DNA of 64,000 nucleotides from a virus, in IMG/VR virus record IMGVR_UViG_3300034031_000020, positions 15,452 to 79,451 of that record, one strand, 5' to 3'. The first letter of the stretch is position 1. Every line of letters begins with the position of its first letter. Shown here in pieces: positions 48,708 through 58,239 of the stretch. The notes under the pieces were generated by a model. That model was given only the letters and a program-made list of their open reading frames with translations. It ran no database searches and was not told the origin of the DNA. Both the position numbers and the translations under genes were made by a program.

Positions 48708-48748
48708 CCGGCCCCCGACGCAGCTCGCGTCGGGGGCCGGTTTCTGTT
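48708..48748 (+). terminator. Terminator of the structural operon
   Basis: 14-bp GC stem followed by TTTCTGTT. Confidence 0.75.
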
Positions 48749-48754
48749 GGTGGA

Positions 48755-48952
48755 TCAGGCGGGGACGGACTCTTCTGCACTCTGGTAGGTATGGTCCCAG
48801 TTACCGGCCTTGACCTGGCCGAGGAACGCGTCCCACTCGGAGTGCGTGAACGTCACAGCCCCGTCATTCCCGGGGATGGTGGAGGTGACGAGGACTCCCC
48901 CGTTAACCTTTTCGGCATTGACGCACGTCGTTGATCCGCAGGGTGTCGGCAT
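48755..48952 (-). CDS. DUF397-family protein
   Basis: CV...V.V.S......V.FT..EW.AF...VKAG. Confidence 0.75.
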   Translation of the reverse strand: MPTPCGSTTCVNAEKVNGGVLVTSTIPGNDGAVTFTHSEWDAFLGQVKAGNWDHTYQSAEESVPA

Positions 48953-49083
48953 TGATGTTGGCCTCTCTGTTCGTCGGCAATACGGGAGACATTACCTGAT
49001 CCAATTGACGGCGCCGAATATCGGTGCACCTGCCTCGGGGGTGGTCCGCCGGGAGTGTCGGACCCTGTATGTACGCTCCACGG

Positions 49084-49467
49084 ATGATGACCTTCCGACG
49101 AACCGTCACCACTGCCGCCGCTGTCGTCCTCGTCACGGGCGCCGCCCTGGCCCCGTCCACTGCCGCGCAAGCCGCCCCGCCGTCCAGTTGCACCAACTCG
49201 TCCGTGTGCGGGTACGTGAACTCCGGGTACCGCACCGACCAGGGGTACGAACTGATCCCCGTCCAGCCCGCCGGGACGTGCGAGGGTATGTCCTTCCCGA
49301 ACGCGTGGTCGGGGCTGTTCAACAACTCCGGCCGGAGCATCCGGCTTTACAAGAACAGCGGCTGCTCCGGCGAATACATCACGTTCGCCAACGGCGACGG
49401 GCACGCGCAGTTCTCCGTCGCGCACCCCACCTACGAGAACAACTCAGAGTCGTTCAAGTTCATGTAA
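49084..49467 (+). CDS. Secreted peptidase inhibitor I36 / beta-gamma-crystallin-like protein
   Basis: Signal peptide ending AQAA; C....VC.Y...Y and N..S...NN......LY motifs; -10 TACGCT 49072-49077 suggests a leaderless mRNA. Confidence 0.7.
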   Translation: MMTFRRTVTTAAAVVLVTGAALAPSTAAQAAPPSSCTNSSVCGYVNSGYRTDQGYELIPVQPAGTCEGMSFPNAWSGLFNNSGRSIRLYKNSGCSGEYITFANGDGHAQFSVAHPTYENNSESFKFM

Positions 49468-49479
49468 CCCCCACGCACG

Positions 49480-49513
49480 GAACCGCCCGCACCTCGACAG
49501 GTGCGGGCGGTTC
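49480..49513. terminator. Bidirectional terminator-like hairpin
   Basis: GAACCGCCCGCACCT / AGGTGCGGGCGGTTC between convergent genes. Confidence 0.7.
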
Positions 49514-49760
49514 TGCGTTCCGGGCCTACCGGAGGCGGGTTATCGAGACGTCGGGGATCAGGGGCGGAGGGTGCTTTGCCGGGGCCCCGACGGGTTCCTC
49601 CGTGGCGATCGTGAACTCGACCAGGCGACCGACGGGGACGTACCGGACCGTGTTCGGCTCGGCGTGCGCGGCGTAGACGAGGCACCCGTCACGGACGTGC
49701 GCGTAATCGCACGCCACGACCTCGGTCCCCGACTTGCGGACGATGCGGACGGTCACCATC

Positions 49761-50189
49761 TCAGGCCACCTCCCGTGGACTCGAACTGGTAGTCGTTCCG
49801 CGCCGCATACGGCTGGCTGGCACACCGGCCACGCAGTTGCAGACGCCACCGCGATTGATCTTGCAAACGTCCACGTGCTCGGCCCGCCGAGCCGCGAGCA
49901 TCGTGCTGGCGCAACGGTTGGCAGCGGCCCGCGTACGGTGCCGATGCTCGCACCGCTTCGCCTCGCCGCGTGTCTCGTTAAGCCGCCGCTCCACCACCCC
50001 TCGGTAATCGGAGCTTGTCATCCTGTGGGTAGTTGCCGCCCATTCCGTCGGATACTCGCGGGAGGCTTCATTGACCCGACCACAGCACTCGCAGCACTCA
50101 CCCTCCACGTCGGTGGTGTGCGTGCACCGGTCCGGATCCGGGCAGATCGACGTATCGAATCGCGGGCGGTGGTCCCGTCGCCGACTCAC
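49761..50189 (-). CDS. Cys/His-rich hypothetical protein
   Basis: Coupled ORF in the leftward operon. Confidence 0.5.
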   Translation of the reverse strand: MSRRRDHRPRFDTSICPDPDRCTHTTDVEGECCECCGRVNEASREYPTEWAATTHRMTSSDYRGVVERRLNETRGEAKRCEHRHRTRAAANRCASTMLAARRAEHVDVCKINRGGVCNCVAGVPASRMRRGTTTSSSPREVA

Positions 50190-50770
50190 GACCCGTCCTC
50201 CGATGAGCTCGGCGCGGTGACAGGTGTCCCGTAGTACCGGACCGCTATGCCCTGCCGCAGGGCGTACGCGATCAGGTCACGGGTGTCGGTGTCGAGCCGC
50301 CCGCCCGGGTTGACGACGAACACCGTGCCCGCAAGGTCAATCTTCCGCCGCTGCAACTCGGCGAGGGACTCCTCCACGGCCTGGCGTTGCACCTCGTTCG
50401 GGTACCGGGCCTCCAGGTCGTACACCCCCACCGGCAGGACCACGAACCCGGACAGGGTGAGCTGGGCGGCCACGTCGTCGTGCTCCGCCTTGCGGAACTC
50501 GGCCGGGCCGATCAGGGCCACGACCGGCGGCCGACCGGAGGCGGCGAACTCCGGGGCGACCACAGCCCAGTCGGGGAGCTGCCGGTACCTCTCGCCGGTG
50601 GCCAGGTCCACGGCCTCCACCGTGTTGCAGCCGTCGGCGGTCGAGTCGCGGGCGAGGCGACGGGCCTCGGCCTCCGTGTACCGTCCCGCTTCCTCGATGA
50701 ACGAGGTGTACCCGCGCTGCCCGGGGCGCCACCACCGGCGATACACGTTGCTCCAGATCAGGAACTTCAC
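50186..50770 (-). CDS. Two-domain protein with nucleoside 2-deoxyribosyltransferase-like C-terminus
   Basis: LT..G.VVL...KIDLA..VFVVNPGG...IAYA...G..VRY pattern; N-terminal WSN...WW...GYT...AGRY domain. Confidence 0.6.
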   Translation of the reverse strand: MKFLIWSNVYRRWWRPGQRGYTSFIEEAGRYTEAEARRLARDSTADGCNTVEAVDLATGERYRQLPDWAVVAPEFAASGRPPVVALIGPAEFRKAEHDDVAAQLTLSGFVVLPVGVYDLEARYPNEVQRQAVEESLAELQRRKIDLAGTVFVVNPGGRLDTDTRDLIAYALRQGIAVRYYGTPVTAPSSSEDGS

Positions 50771-50981
50771 GGGGATCAGCCCTCCCTGATGCGGGATAGG
50801 TGCTTCGACACGTCCTCGGGGAACTCGTCGGCGAGGGTTACGACGATCGTCGCGAACCGGGTCACCTTCCCCGCAGCGCGGGTGTCGTCGACGGACACCC
50901 GCACCCGGTCGGCGGGGAACTCGTGCGTCACCCCGCCGAGCGTCACCGTGACGCTGTCACCGTTGTTCAGGTCGCGTCGCA

Positions 50982-51608
50982 TCAGGCGTCCGCCACCGTG
51001 CGGCCACCGTGCTGGTACGGCCGGGTCCGGTTGTAGGCGATCTTCCGCGTGTACTCGGCGTCGAGGTCGATCCGCCACCGCTCCGCGAACGTCACCAGCG
51101 ACCGCAGCATCACCGGCTCACTGTTCCACGCGCTGAGTGACATGTACGCCACACCGTCGTGGAGCCAGTTCACCCAGTCGCCGAAGGTCACCAGGCCTCT
51201 GACACGGTCACCCTCCAATGAGGCGACGTCACCCAGCTCCATGTCCATGTCGAACACGGTCAGGCCGTGGACGTCGCACATGTCGAGCAACCGGATCAGG
51301 ACGTCGGCCGCTTCCGACCCGACACCTTCGGGCTTGCCGGGCATGGTCCGGTGCGCAGCGCGGTCCAGGGACCCGACCTGCGCACAGGTCAGCGCGGTGA
51401 CCATCTTGCCGAATCGGGGGCACGTCTCGTCGGCGCAGAGCGGGATGGTCGCGTCGGCGTGCCGGTGGTCGCGGAACGCCTCCAACATCTCGGACAGCTC
51501 GGAGTGCAGCAGCGCGAGGAAGTCGCCGCGTGTCTTCGGCTCGTCCCGCCAGCCTTTCGCGATGTTGACCTCGCGGACTTCGTCGGTCATTTCCTGGATC
51601 GTTTTCAC
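50982..51608 (-). CDS. MazG-like NTP pyrophosphohydrolase
   Basis: ALLHSELSEMLEA...EAADVLIRLLD...KIAYNRTR.Y.HG. Confidence 0.8.
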   Translation of the reverse strand: MKTIQEMTDEVREVNIAKGWRDEPKTRGDFLALLHSELSEMLEAFRDHRHADATIPLCADETCPRFGKMVTALTCAQVGSLDRAAHRTMPGKPEGVGSEAADVLIRLLDMCDVHGLTVFDMDMELGDVASLEGDRVRGLVTFGDWVNWLHDGVAYMSLSAWNSEPVMLRSLVTFAERWRIDLDAEYTRKIAYNRTRPYQHGGRTVADA

Positions 51609-51643
51609 TGGTCGGCAGCCTTTCGTTTGGTGTTGTGAGTGAG

Positions 51644-52021
51644 TCATGACGGCACCACCACGAGGCGGTTACCGACGGCGGCGACCCGGGCGGCGGCGCG
51701 GCGCAGCAGCCGCTTCCACGGGTTGTCGTCGTCGGGCCAGTTCCGGTCCTTCCACCACCTCCACAGCCCGAGCAGAGCGGCGGCGAAGACCAGGCCCCGG
51801 AAGGCGTCACCGTCGAGGAGCGCGCCCCACGAGTGGACGGCCACGACGACGAGACCCGGACCGGCGAGCAGCCAGAGGATCTGGACGACGCGGACCAGGC
51901 GACGGGTTGCCGCCGCGTCCGGCCAGAAGCGGAGGGCGAGGTCCGCGAACATGTGGAGGTAGATGTAGAGGATCATGTCGGCTACGGCGACGCCGGTCGC
52001 GACTAGCAGGAGGTCGCTCAT
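51644..52021 (-). CDS. Membrane protein
   Basis: Three hydrophobic segments. Confidence 0.6.
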   Translation of the reverse strand: MSDLLLVATGVAVADMILYIYLHMFADLALRFWPDAAATRRLVRVVQILWLLAGPGLVVVAVHSWGALLDGDAFRGLVFAAALLGLWRWWKDRNWPDDDNPWKRLLRRAAARVAAVGNRLVVVPS

Positions 52022-52701
52022 TTGGGGCCCCCTGAGTCACGGGCGGCCTGCTCGTACAGGGCGAACGCCTCGTCGTACTTCGCGGCGTCTCCGCCCTTCG
52101 GGGCGGTGTCACGGACGACGGTCCACCGGAACCCGAACAGGTCCTGTCCCTTGTCGTAGTCGCGGGGGTCCACCGGTACCAGCTCCAGGGAGTCCGGCAG
52201 GATCTCCCACCCGGACCCGAATAGCAGACCCTGTGCGCTTTCGAGGGCGCGTTGCGCGGTGTCGGGGCCCTCGTCGGTCATGCGGGCCTCGAACGTGTCG
52301 TACTCCAGGACGGGCAGGTCGACGGTGATCCGCTTCCCGCCGATGGAGATGGAGCCGTCGGCCTCGGCGAACCACAACCCCGCGCGCGCGGCGGTAGCGC
52401 GGCCGATCAGGATCTCGGCCTGGATGCGCTTACGCCGGGCGGCGTGCCGGGCGTTGACGGTCCGGTGGATCCAGCGTCGCAGCTTGGCGAACCCGGCGGC
52501 GGCATACAGGGCGACGACCGTCCAGCCGGTGAGCGGGGCGAGGCCGGTCCAGATCAGGGCGACCGCCACGCCGAACAGCGCCAGGAGGATCCGGGTCCAG
52601 TGCGGGACGAACGGCACGGAGGCGAAGTCGCGTTTCCACGAGTCGTCGAGGACCTCCCGCAGGCCGAGTGCGTTGCGGGAGGTCCGGCGGCGGGCGGTCA
52701 T
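52018..52701 (-). CDS. Membrane-anchored hypothetical protein
   Basis: Start MTARRRT; two TM helices. Confidence 0.6.
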   Translation of the reverse strand: MTARRRTSRNALGLREVLDDSWKRDFASVPFVPHWTRILLALFGVAVALIWTGLAPLTGWTVVALYAAAGFAKLRRWIHRTVNARHAARRKRIQAEILIGRATAARAGLWFAEADGSISIGGKRITVDLPVLEYDTFEARMTDEGPDTAQRALESAQGLLFGSGWEILPDSLELVPVDPRDYDKGQDLFGFRWTVVRDTAPKGGDAAKYDEAFALYEQAARDSGGPK

Positions 52702-53060
52702 CGGATCGTCTCCAGCCAGCGCACCGCGTCGGCCGGGGTCATGGTGTCGCGCCCGCACGTCACGCGGGTCACGGTGGCCGGGTCGTCCTCGTCGACGGTG
52801 ACGACGGCGAGGATGGGGCGGGGCTGGACGTTGAGGGTGAGGTAAGCCCGGCCATCGTGGCACCCGTTCTGCTCGAAGCCGAGCCGGGCGAGGTGCGCGA
52901 GGATGGTACGGGTGGCAGCGTCGTCGGTGAGGTCACCCCACGTCGGGTTTCGCGGGCGGGGCACGACCCGGATGACGCGCTCGTCGGTGGGCCGTAGTCG
53001 CCGGATGTCGGACTCCTGGGTGAGGACCCGCATGTCGTTCCACCATTCTTGGGAAGTCAT
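52698..53060 (-). CDS. Hypothetical protein
   Basis: AGGAG RBS; downstream of promoter C. Confidence 0.65.
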   Translation of the reverse strand: MTSQEWWNDMRVLTQESDIRRLRPTDERVIRVVPRPRNPTWGDLTDDAATRTILAHLARLGFEQNGCHDGRAYLTLNVQPRPILAVVTVDEDDPATVTRVTCGRDTMTPADAVRWLETIR

Positions 53061-53095
53061 GTTCGTCTCCTGTCGGCAGGGGTGCTAATACCTAG

Positions 53096-53125
53096 AGGAT
53101 AACACCCCGGACGTGATCCATGGAA
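53096..53125 (-). promoter_or_regulatory. Promoter with operator (site C)
   Basis: Minus strand TTCCAT-18bp-TATCCT with TCACGTCCGGGGTGTTA in the spacer. Confidence 0.6.
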
Positions 53126-53473
53126 GTGGTTGCCCGCTCCCACTCGCGGCGGAGGCGCTGAACCTTCCGGCGGCCACTCGCGCGGTCGATGTCGAAGTAC
53201 ATGCACTGGGGTCGGTGCCCCTTCGAGCGGGCCGTACGGCGGCGACACCCGCAGTTCAGTCGAGACGACGCCATCACTCCGCCCCCCACAATGAGCCATC
53301 GTGGCACCACGCGGACAGGGGCTGGCCGCAGACACGACCCTCGATGGCCGGGTCGTAGTCCCGGTCCGGCTCGTACTCGTGGTTCCCGGCGACGTTCGAG
53401 CGACACGGTCGCGCACCCGGCACGGCGGTGGGGGGCAGGGCGGTAGAGGGCGGGGCAGGGCGGTCGTCGGCAG

Positions 53474-54544
53474 TCACGGTGTGCCTTTCCGTTGCACTCG
53501 GTGGACGGTCGGCCGGTCGGCCGGGCCGTTGAGGTTGACGTTGATCGGGCCGAGCCACTTCACCCGGGCCTCAGCCCGGCCGGGACCCACCCGGTAGGTG
53601 TGGAAGTGTGACCGGCGGACGTGCGGGGCGACCTTCCGGCCCGTGCCCGCCGAGCCCTCCCCGGATGCCTGGCTCCGGTACTCGCGCAGGGCAGCGCCGA
53701 GCCGGTACCCGACCTCGACGACCCGGGTCGCGTTGGTGTCCTTGACCCTTCGGCCGGACTTCGTCTTGCGGGGCGGCACGGGGACGGGTCGGAGGTCCGC
53801 GTTCGTGGCGCACAGGTAGACGAGGGTGGACATCACCGCTCGCAGCATCGCCGGGAGGTGCGCCTGCCAGTCGGTGAAGTCGTCGGCGAGGGACAGGAAC
53901 CTGGCGGACGACTCCTCGACCATCTCACCGATGGTCATCCCGTCCTGAATGGTGAGCCTCGTCAGGGCGATGTCCTGAACCCCGTCGGTCAGGATCAGGG
54001 GGCTGCCGTCGGGGTTGTGGACGAGGCCGCAGACGAGCAGGCCGTACGCGTTCGTCCCGGGGCCGTGGGTGGATTGCTGGGTCGCGCCGAGCCCACCCAC
54101 CACGCGGCGGCCGGTGAGGAAGAATCCGGAGACCCTCTGAACGAGCCCGTTGTCCAGCGGGATGTCCAGGGGCTCGGGGAATGCCACGAACGGGTCGGGG
54201 TGCGGCAGGTGGGTGAGGAGTCCGGCGGGGATGGTGACGGAGTCGTCGGTCTCGCCGAGCTCGGCCCACAGGTCCGCGTCGATCGAGTAGATGGTTTTGT
54301 TCTGCTCCCACAGCGTCAGCGCGGCGTGGTCCTGGCCGGTGAACATCACGTTCGCGGCCAGGTCCGGCGCGAACGTGTTGATCTCGAATATCTCCGGCGG
54401 TGGCTGCTGCTGGCGGTTGCCGAGAGCTGAGGTCGCGTGCCAGTCGAAGAACGGGACGATGACGCGGGGGTTGTAGCGGGCGAACCCGACGACGTTCGCG
54501 ACGATCGTCGTGTGGCAGCGGTTGAACACCTCGGTCGCTTTCAT
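53474..54544 (-). CDS. AcrVA2/FinQ-family protein
   Basis: W...K.IY.ID..L..EL, LP, LVYLC, VG..LG..L and C-terminal PHVRRSHFHTYRVG....KWL.PI.V motifs. Confidence 0.7.
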   Translation of the reverse strand: MKATEVFNRCHTTIVANVVGFARYNPRVIVPFFDWHATSALGNRQQQPPPEIFEINTFAPDLAANVMFTGQDHAALTLWEQNKTIYSIDADLWAELGETDDSVTIPAGLLTHLPHPDPFVAFPEPLDIPLDNGLVQRVSGFFLTGRRVVGGLGATQQSTHGPGTNAYGLLVCGLVHNPDGSPLILTDGVQDIALTRLTIQDGMTIGEMVEESSARFLSLADDFTDWQAHLPAMLRAVMSTLVYLCATNADLRPVPVPPRKTKSGRRVKDTNATRVVEVGYRLGAALREYRSQASGEGSAGTGRKVAPHVRRSHFHTYRVGPGRAEARVKWLGPINVNLNGPADRPTVHRVQRKGTP

Positions 54545-54876
54545 CGCGGGCCCCGGGCGGGACCGCACTGCGGGGAGGTGCCGGTCCGGCAGATCCGCTC
54601 GGTGAGCTGGAGCTGCTCGGCGCCCTTGCGGAGCCAGTCGGCCCGGCGCTCGGCGTGGGAGGTGCGGGCGTCGGCGATCGGGCCGAGGTTGCCGAAGTCC
54701 TTCGGCTTGCGCGGGTCGTACGACTTGGAGTACGTCCACCAGGCGACCCACTGCCGGGCGTGCTCACCGCAGAGGTCGTCCGGGGGTTTGCGGGTGGACG
54801 GGAACTCGGGGACCGCCAGGAGTCCGGCGGAGCGGAGCAGGTCCTCGGTGTTCGGGCTGCCATCACGGCCGAGCAT
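54541..54876 (-). CDS. Hypothetical protein
   Basis: GGAGG RBS; first gene after promoter D. Confidence 0.65.
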   Translation of the reverse strand: MLGRDGSPNTEDLLRSAGLLAVPEFPSTRKPPDDLCGEHARQWVAWWTYSKSYDPRKPKDFGNLGPIADARTSHAERRADWLRKGAEQLQLTERICRTGTSPQCGPARGPR

Positions 54877-54916
54877 CAGGGTTACCTCCAGGATCGGCAG
54901 GGGTGGTTACGCACTC

Positions 54917-54945
54917 AGCATAACACCCCGGCAGTGATCCGGCTA
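54917..54945 (-). promoter_or_regulatory. Promoter with operator (site D)
   Basis: Minus strand TAGCCG-17bp-TATGCT with TCACTGCCGGGGTGTTA. Confidence 0.6.
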
Positions 54946-55999
54946 GAGGTACCTCGGGTCCGGCCACCACGTCTCCGCCCACTCGTGATCGCCGTACTGC
55001 CCGAACGCCCGGATCGCGTCACGACCACCGGACCGGACGCGGCGGGCGTGCCAGTCCGGGACCTGGGTGTGCCACACCACGACCCCCGAACCGGCGACGC
55101 GGTACACGACGAGCCGCAAATCCAGCTCGGCCAGGTCGTACGGGTCGTCCGGGTCCTCATGATCCCAGCGCGGCATGACGGTTCCCCTCGTCGGCAGTAG
55201 GGTGCGGACGTGAGCATAAACCCTGATGAGTGGGCGTCCCGACGGTCGGCGCCGTTCGACCTCACAGACGACTACCGGGGTCGACGTCGTGCCGACGAGG
55301 CACCACGTCACCGGGCGCCGTTCGAGGTCCCCCGGATCCAGGCGCCCCGGGCCGCAGCCGTTGGGACCGCCGCGATCGCGCTCACCGTCGCGACCTTCGC
55401 TCCCGGCGCGCTCGTCCGCGACGGTGGCGAAGACGCCCCGCCCGCGTACGGGGCGTGGCCCGCCGCTGAAGCGCCCGTCGTGTTGACCGACCTACCGCCG
55501 GGTGGGACCGTCCAGGTATCCCCCGGCGGTGGAGCCGCACTACTCCCGGACGGGGGCGGGTCGGCCCCGTCCGTCGGGGACGGTGTGCCCCCGGAAACGA
55601 CGCCGGGGCCGACCCCCCGCAGGGAGACGACCCCGAACCGCGCGATGACCGGACCTACGACCCCCCCGACCGTTCCGGGTCGTCCGGCAGCGGCGCCGAC
55701 GGCCGCAACGTACGACTCAGCTCCGCCAGCAACCACAGCGTCCCAGGGGCCCGCCCGACCTGGACAGGGCCCTCGCACTCACCGGGCCCCTGGACCGCGT
55801 CATCGGGCCGCTTCGCCGCCAGCCGCATCACCCGCGCCGCTGACATCAGCTCAGCCCACCGGAGAGGGATCTGAGGCAGAACCGCACCGAGGGCGGCGGC
55901 CAGCGCTGCGGCGGTGGTGGACCGGCGAACCACGACCGTCGTCGACGGACCGAAGCCAGGCAGAGCCCCTTCCTGAATCACGATCTTCACGGTGGTCAT

Positions 56000-56458
56000 C
56001 TAGCGATCATCCCTCTCAGCGTCGAAGTAGGAACCCGCCGGGTTCGGCACCCGAGGCCCGGCCACAACCGGATCGGGGCGGGTCGCGGGCCACACCGGCA
56101 CCGGGCCGCCACGGTGGTCGTCACGCCGCCGGGCACGGGCGTCACGGTCGGCCTGACGCCGGGCCTCGACCTGATCGGTCCACCGGCTGACGGCCTGCGC
56201 GTCGTAGATCGGGGGCGGCGGCCAGTCGGCGTTCTCCTGCGCCACCCGGGCCCGGTACCCGGCGTCGTACCCGGCGGCGTACGTCAGCGGTGACGGTTCG
56301 CCCTCCACGACTTCGCGCGCCCACCGGGCTGCGGTCGCCATGAGGTACGCGACCTGTTCGCGGGTGAACAGGTGGCCGGGGTCGGCCAGCGCGGTGACCA
56401 TCCGTTCGATCGCGGACGGTTCACCGGTGGTCGCGGGGGTGTCGGCAGTGGTGGTCAT
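56000..56458 (-). CDS. Hypothetical protein
   Basis: TGATG coupling to the upstream gene; GYDAGY motif. Confidence 0.6.
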   Translation of the reverse strand: MTTTADTPATTGEPSAIERMVTALADPGHLFTREQVAYLMATAARWAREVVEGEPSPLTYAAGYDAGYRARVAQENADWPPPPIYDAQAVSRWTDQVEARRQADRDARARRRDDHRGGPVPVWPATRPDPVVAGPRVPNPAGSYFDAERDDR

Positions 56459-56817
56459 CAGAACCGGCCGAGGCCGAACGCGAACGAGAACAGCACAGCG
56501 AACACGGTCATGAGCCGCACCATGAACGGTGAGCCCGTCAGCCACCACGCCAGGCCGGTCCCGAGCGCGGTCCCGATGGTCACCCCCGTCGACTCGTCGG
56601 TCTCCCGGGCGATCTCGGCGACCTCGGCGCGGCCCCGGGCCCACTCCCGGGCGATCATGCGGATGTCGTCCGCGTCCCACCACCACAGCCGGGTTTCGAG
56701 ATCCAGAGCCTCCCCGACCCGGCGGCGGGCCTCCGGCAGTGGCACCGGCGCCGTCGGGTCGACGGGCGGCGGGGTGGCCGCCCATGCGTGCTCGGCGTAG
56801 ACGTCAGTCCTCGACAT
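56458..56817 (-). CDS. Small membrane protein (transfer/spread region)
   Basis: Two C-terminal TM helices. Confidence 0.6.
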   Translation of the reverse strand: MSRTDVYAEHAWAATPPPVDPTAPVPLPEARRRVGEALDLETRLWWWDADDIRMIAREWARGRAEVAEIARETDESTGVTIGTALGTGLAWWLTGSPFMVRLMTVFAVLFSFAFGLGRF

Positions 56818-57247
56818 TGGCTCCCACTCCCTTGTACTTGATCCCGTTCGCGAGAACGACGGACCCTGAAGCCTCAGCCTCGCGGATCGCGTTGCGTTCC
56901 ATCTGCTCGGCGACTTCCTTCGAGCGGTACCACGTCACCCACTCGTCCGGCATGACCATGGTCGCCTGAACCCTGGCCGGTACCGTCTCCCACCACTTGC
57001 GCCGGTGCCCGTCGGGGAGCCCGCGCTGGTACGCCCGGTGGCGCCTCAACCGGACGTGCGGGTCCCGGGCGTACCCGATGTAGACCCGGCCGTCCGTGAG
57101 CGGGATCCGGTACACGCAGTGCGGCTCGTAGTCGACGAGGGCCAACACCAGCCACCGCACCATGAAGACGAGACCGAGGACCACCACGGCGAAGATCAGG
57201 CCGCCGAACAGGTCGCCCCACGGGATGTCCCACCCGCGCTCCCTCAT
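56804..57247 (-). CDS. Membrane-anchored GIY-YIG nuclease
   Basis: N-terminal TM helix, then CVYRI...VYIGYARDP..RL..H...E..AI..E...N. Confidence 0.75.
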   Translation of the reverse strand: MRERGWDIPWGDLFGGLIFAVVVLGLVFMVRWLVLALVDYEPHCVYRIPLTDGRVYIGYARDPHVRLRRHRAYQRGLPDGHRRKWWETVPARVQATMVMPDEWVTWYRSKEVAEQMERNAIREAEASGSVVLANGIKYKGVGANVED

Positions 57248-57441
57248 TCGAGGCCCCCGAAGCCGTCGATGAAGTTGTACGCCCCGTACATGACGAGGAG
57301 CACGCCCCCGGCAGTCGCGACCCCGGCGGCGCGGCGGAGGTCGGGGTTCCACTCGGCGACCGCCTCGGCGGCGTGGGCGCTACCCACCCACACCCCGAGG
57401 AGCAGCAGCACCAACCCGAAGATCACGCGTAGCCCGTTCAT
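57244..57441 (-). CDS. Small membrane protein
   Basis: Two TM helices, ATGA coupling. Confidence 0.6.
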   Translation of the reverse strand: MNGLRVIFGLVLLLLGVWVGSAHAAEAVAEWNPDLRRAAGVATAGGVLLVMYGAYNFIDGFGGLE

Positions 57442-57833
57442 GCCCACGGGCTCCACAGCGAGACCCAACCGGTCGTGCCGAGCAGGGCGACCACGGCCCC
57501 GACCGCCCACCCCAGGCCCACACCCCGGGGCCCGCCCGCCGTGCCCGCGCGGGCGGACATCCGCCGCGACAGAGCGGCCTGGCTGTTGCTGTACGCCAGC
57601 CAGCCGACCGCCAGGGCCGTGGCCAGGGCGAAGGCCGTCACCCCCAGATAGAAGTGCGGCACGGACACCCACATCCACATGAGCGCGCCGACGGCGGCCA
57701 CAAGCACGGCGATCCGCCAGAAGTACGGCCCGAAGGCGATCATGTAGGCGTGCTCGTGTCCGATCCGGCGCCATGCCGCGTTCTCCATGACTCGCTGCCG
57801 GTGCTCCCGGTTCATCCGTCGACGCTGACCCAT
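57438..57833 (-). CDS. Membrane protein (Spd-like position)
   Basis: Three TM helices; GGAGAGAGGG RBS. Confidence 0.65.
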   Translation of the reverse strand: MGQRRRMNREHRQRVMENAAWRRIGHEHAYMIAFGPYFWRIAVLVAAVGALMWMWVSVPHFYLGVTAFALATALAVGWLAYSNSQAALSRRMSARAGTAGGPRGVGLGWAVGAVVALLGTTGWVSLWSPWA

Positions 57834-57849
57834 GTCCCTCTCTCCGTCC

Positions 57850-58239
57850 TTACTTGACGACTACGGTGTCCGACGCGGCGCCCTGCGGCTGGCGGGCCGC
57901 GCGGATCGCGTCGACGTATCCGGTTTGAAGCCGTCGCTTGAAGATCGTGAAGTTGACGGCAGCGTTGTACAGGTCCCCGGCGGCGGCGTGCAGCGGCTCG
58001 ACGACCCAGCTCGCCGTACGCTTCGCGTCCCCGCCGCGCAGGTGGCGGGAGAGGAAACCGCCGCCGTCGAGGCCCTCGGCCCGGAGGCCCTTCGTCAGCC
58101 GGACCGTGAGGGAGATCGCCATGTTCGCGACGAAGTCCGAGCCCTGGATGGACGCGTGCCGCAAACTCTCAGCGATCTTGTCGAGGTTCTCGGCGTCTCG
58201 GAGGTCCTGGTTCTTCGGAGGCATCTCCGGCATGGTCAC
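57850..58239 (-). CDS. TraA-like helical transfer-associated protein
   Basis: Coupled to the traB stop; AKR.A..V...L..AA......A..F pattern recalls actinomycete plasmid TraA. Confidence 0.5.
   Translation of the reverse strand: MTMPEMPPKNQDLRDAENLDKIAESLRHASIQGSDFVANMAISLTVRLTKGLRAEGLDGGGFLSRHLRGGDAKRTASWVVEPLHAAAGDLYNAAVNFTIFKRRLQTGYVDAIRAARQPQGAASDTVVVK

Noticed and set aside
55210-56190. 326-aa plus-strand ORF (and opposing 55655-55999)
   Set aside because: Low-complexity, overlaps the better-supported minus-strand gene at 56000-56458; the real coding frame cannot be decided, although the 5' part with a TM helix may be genuine.
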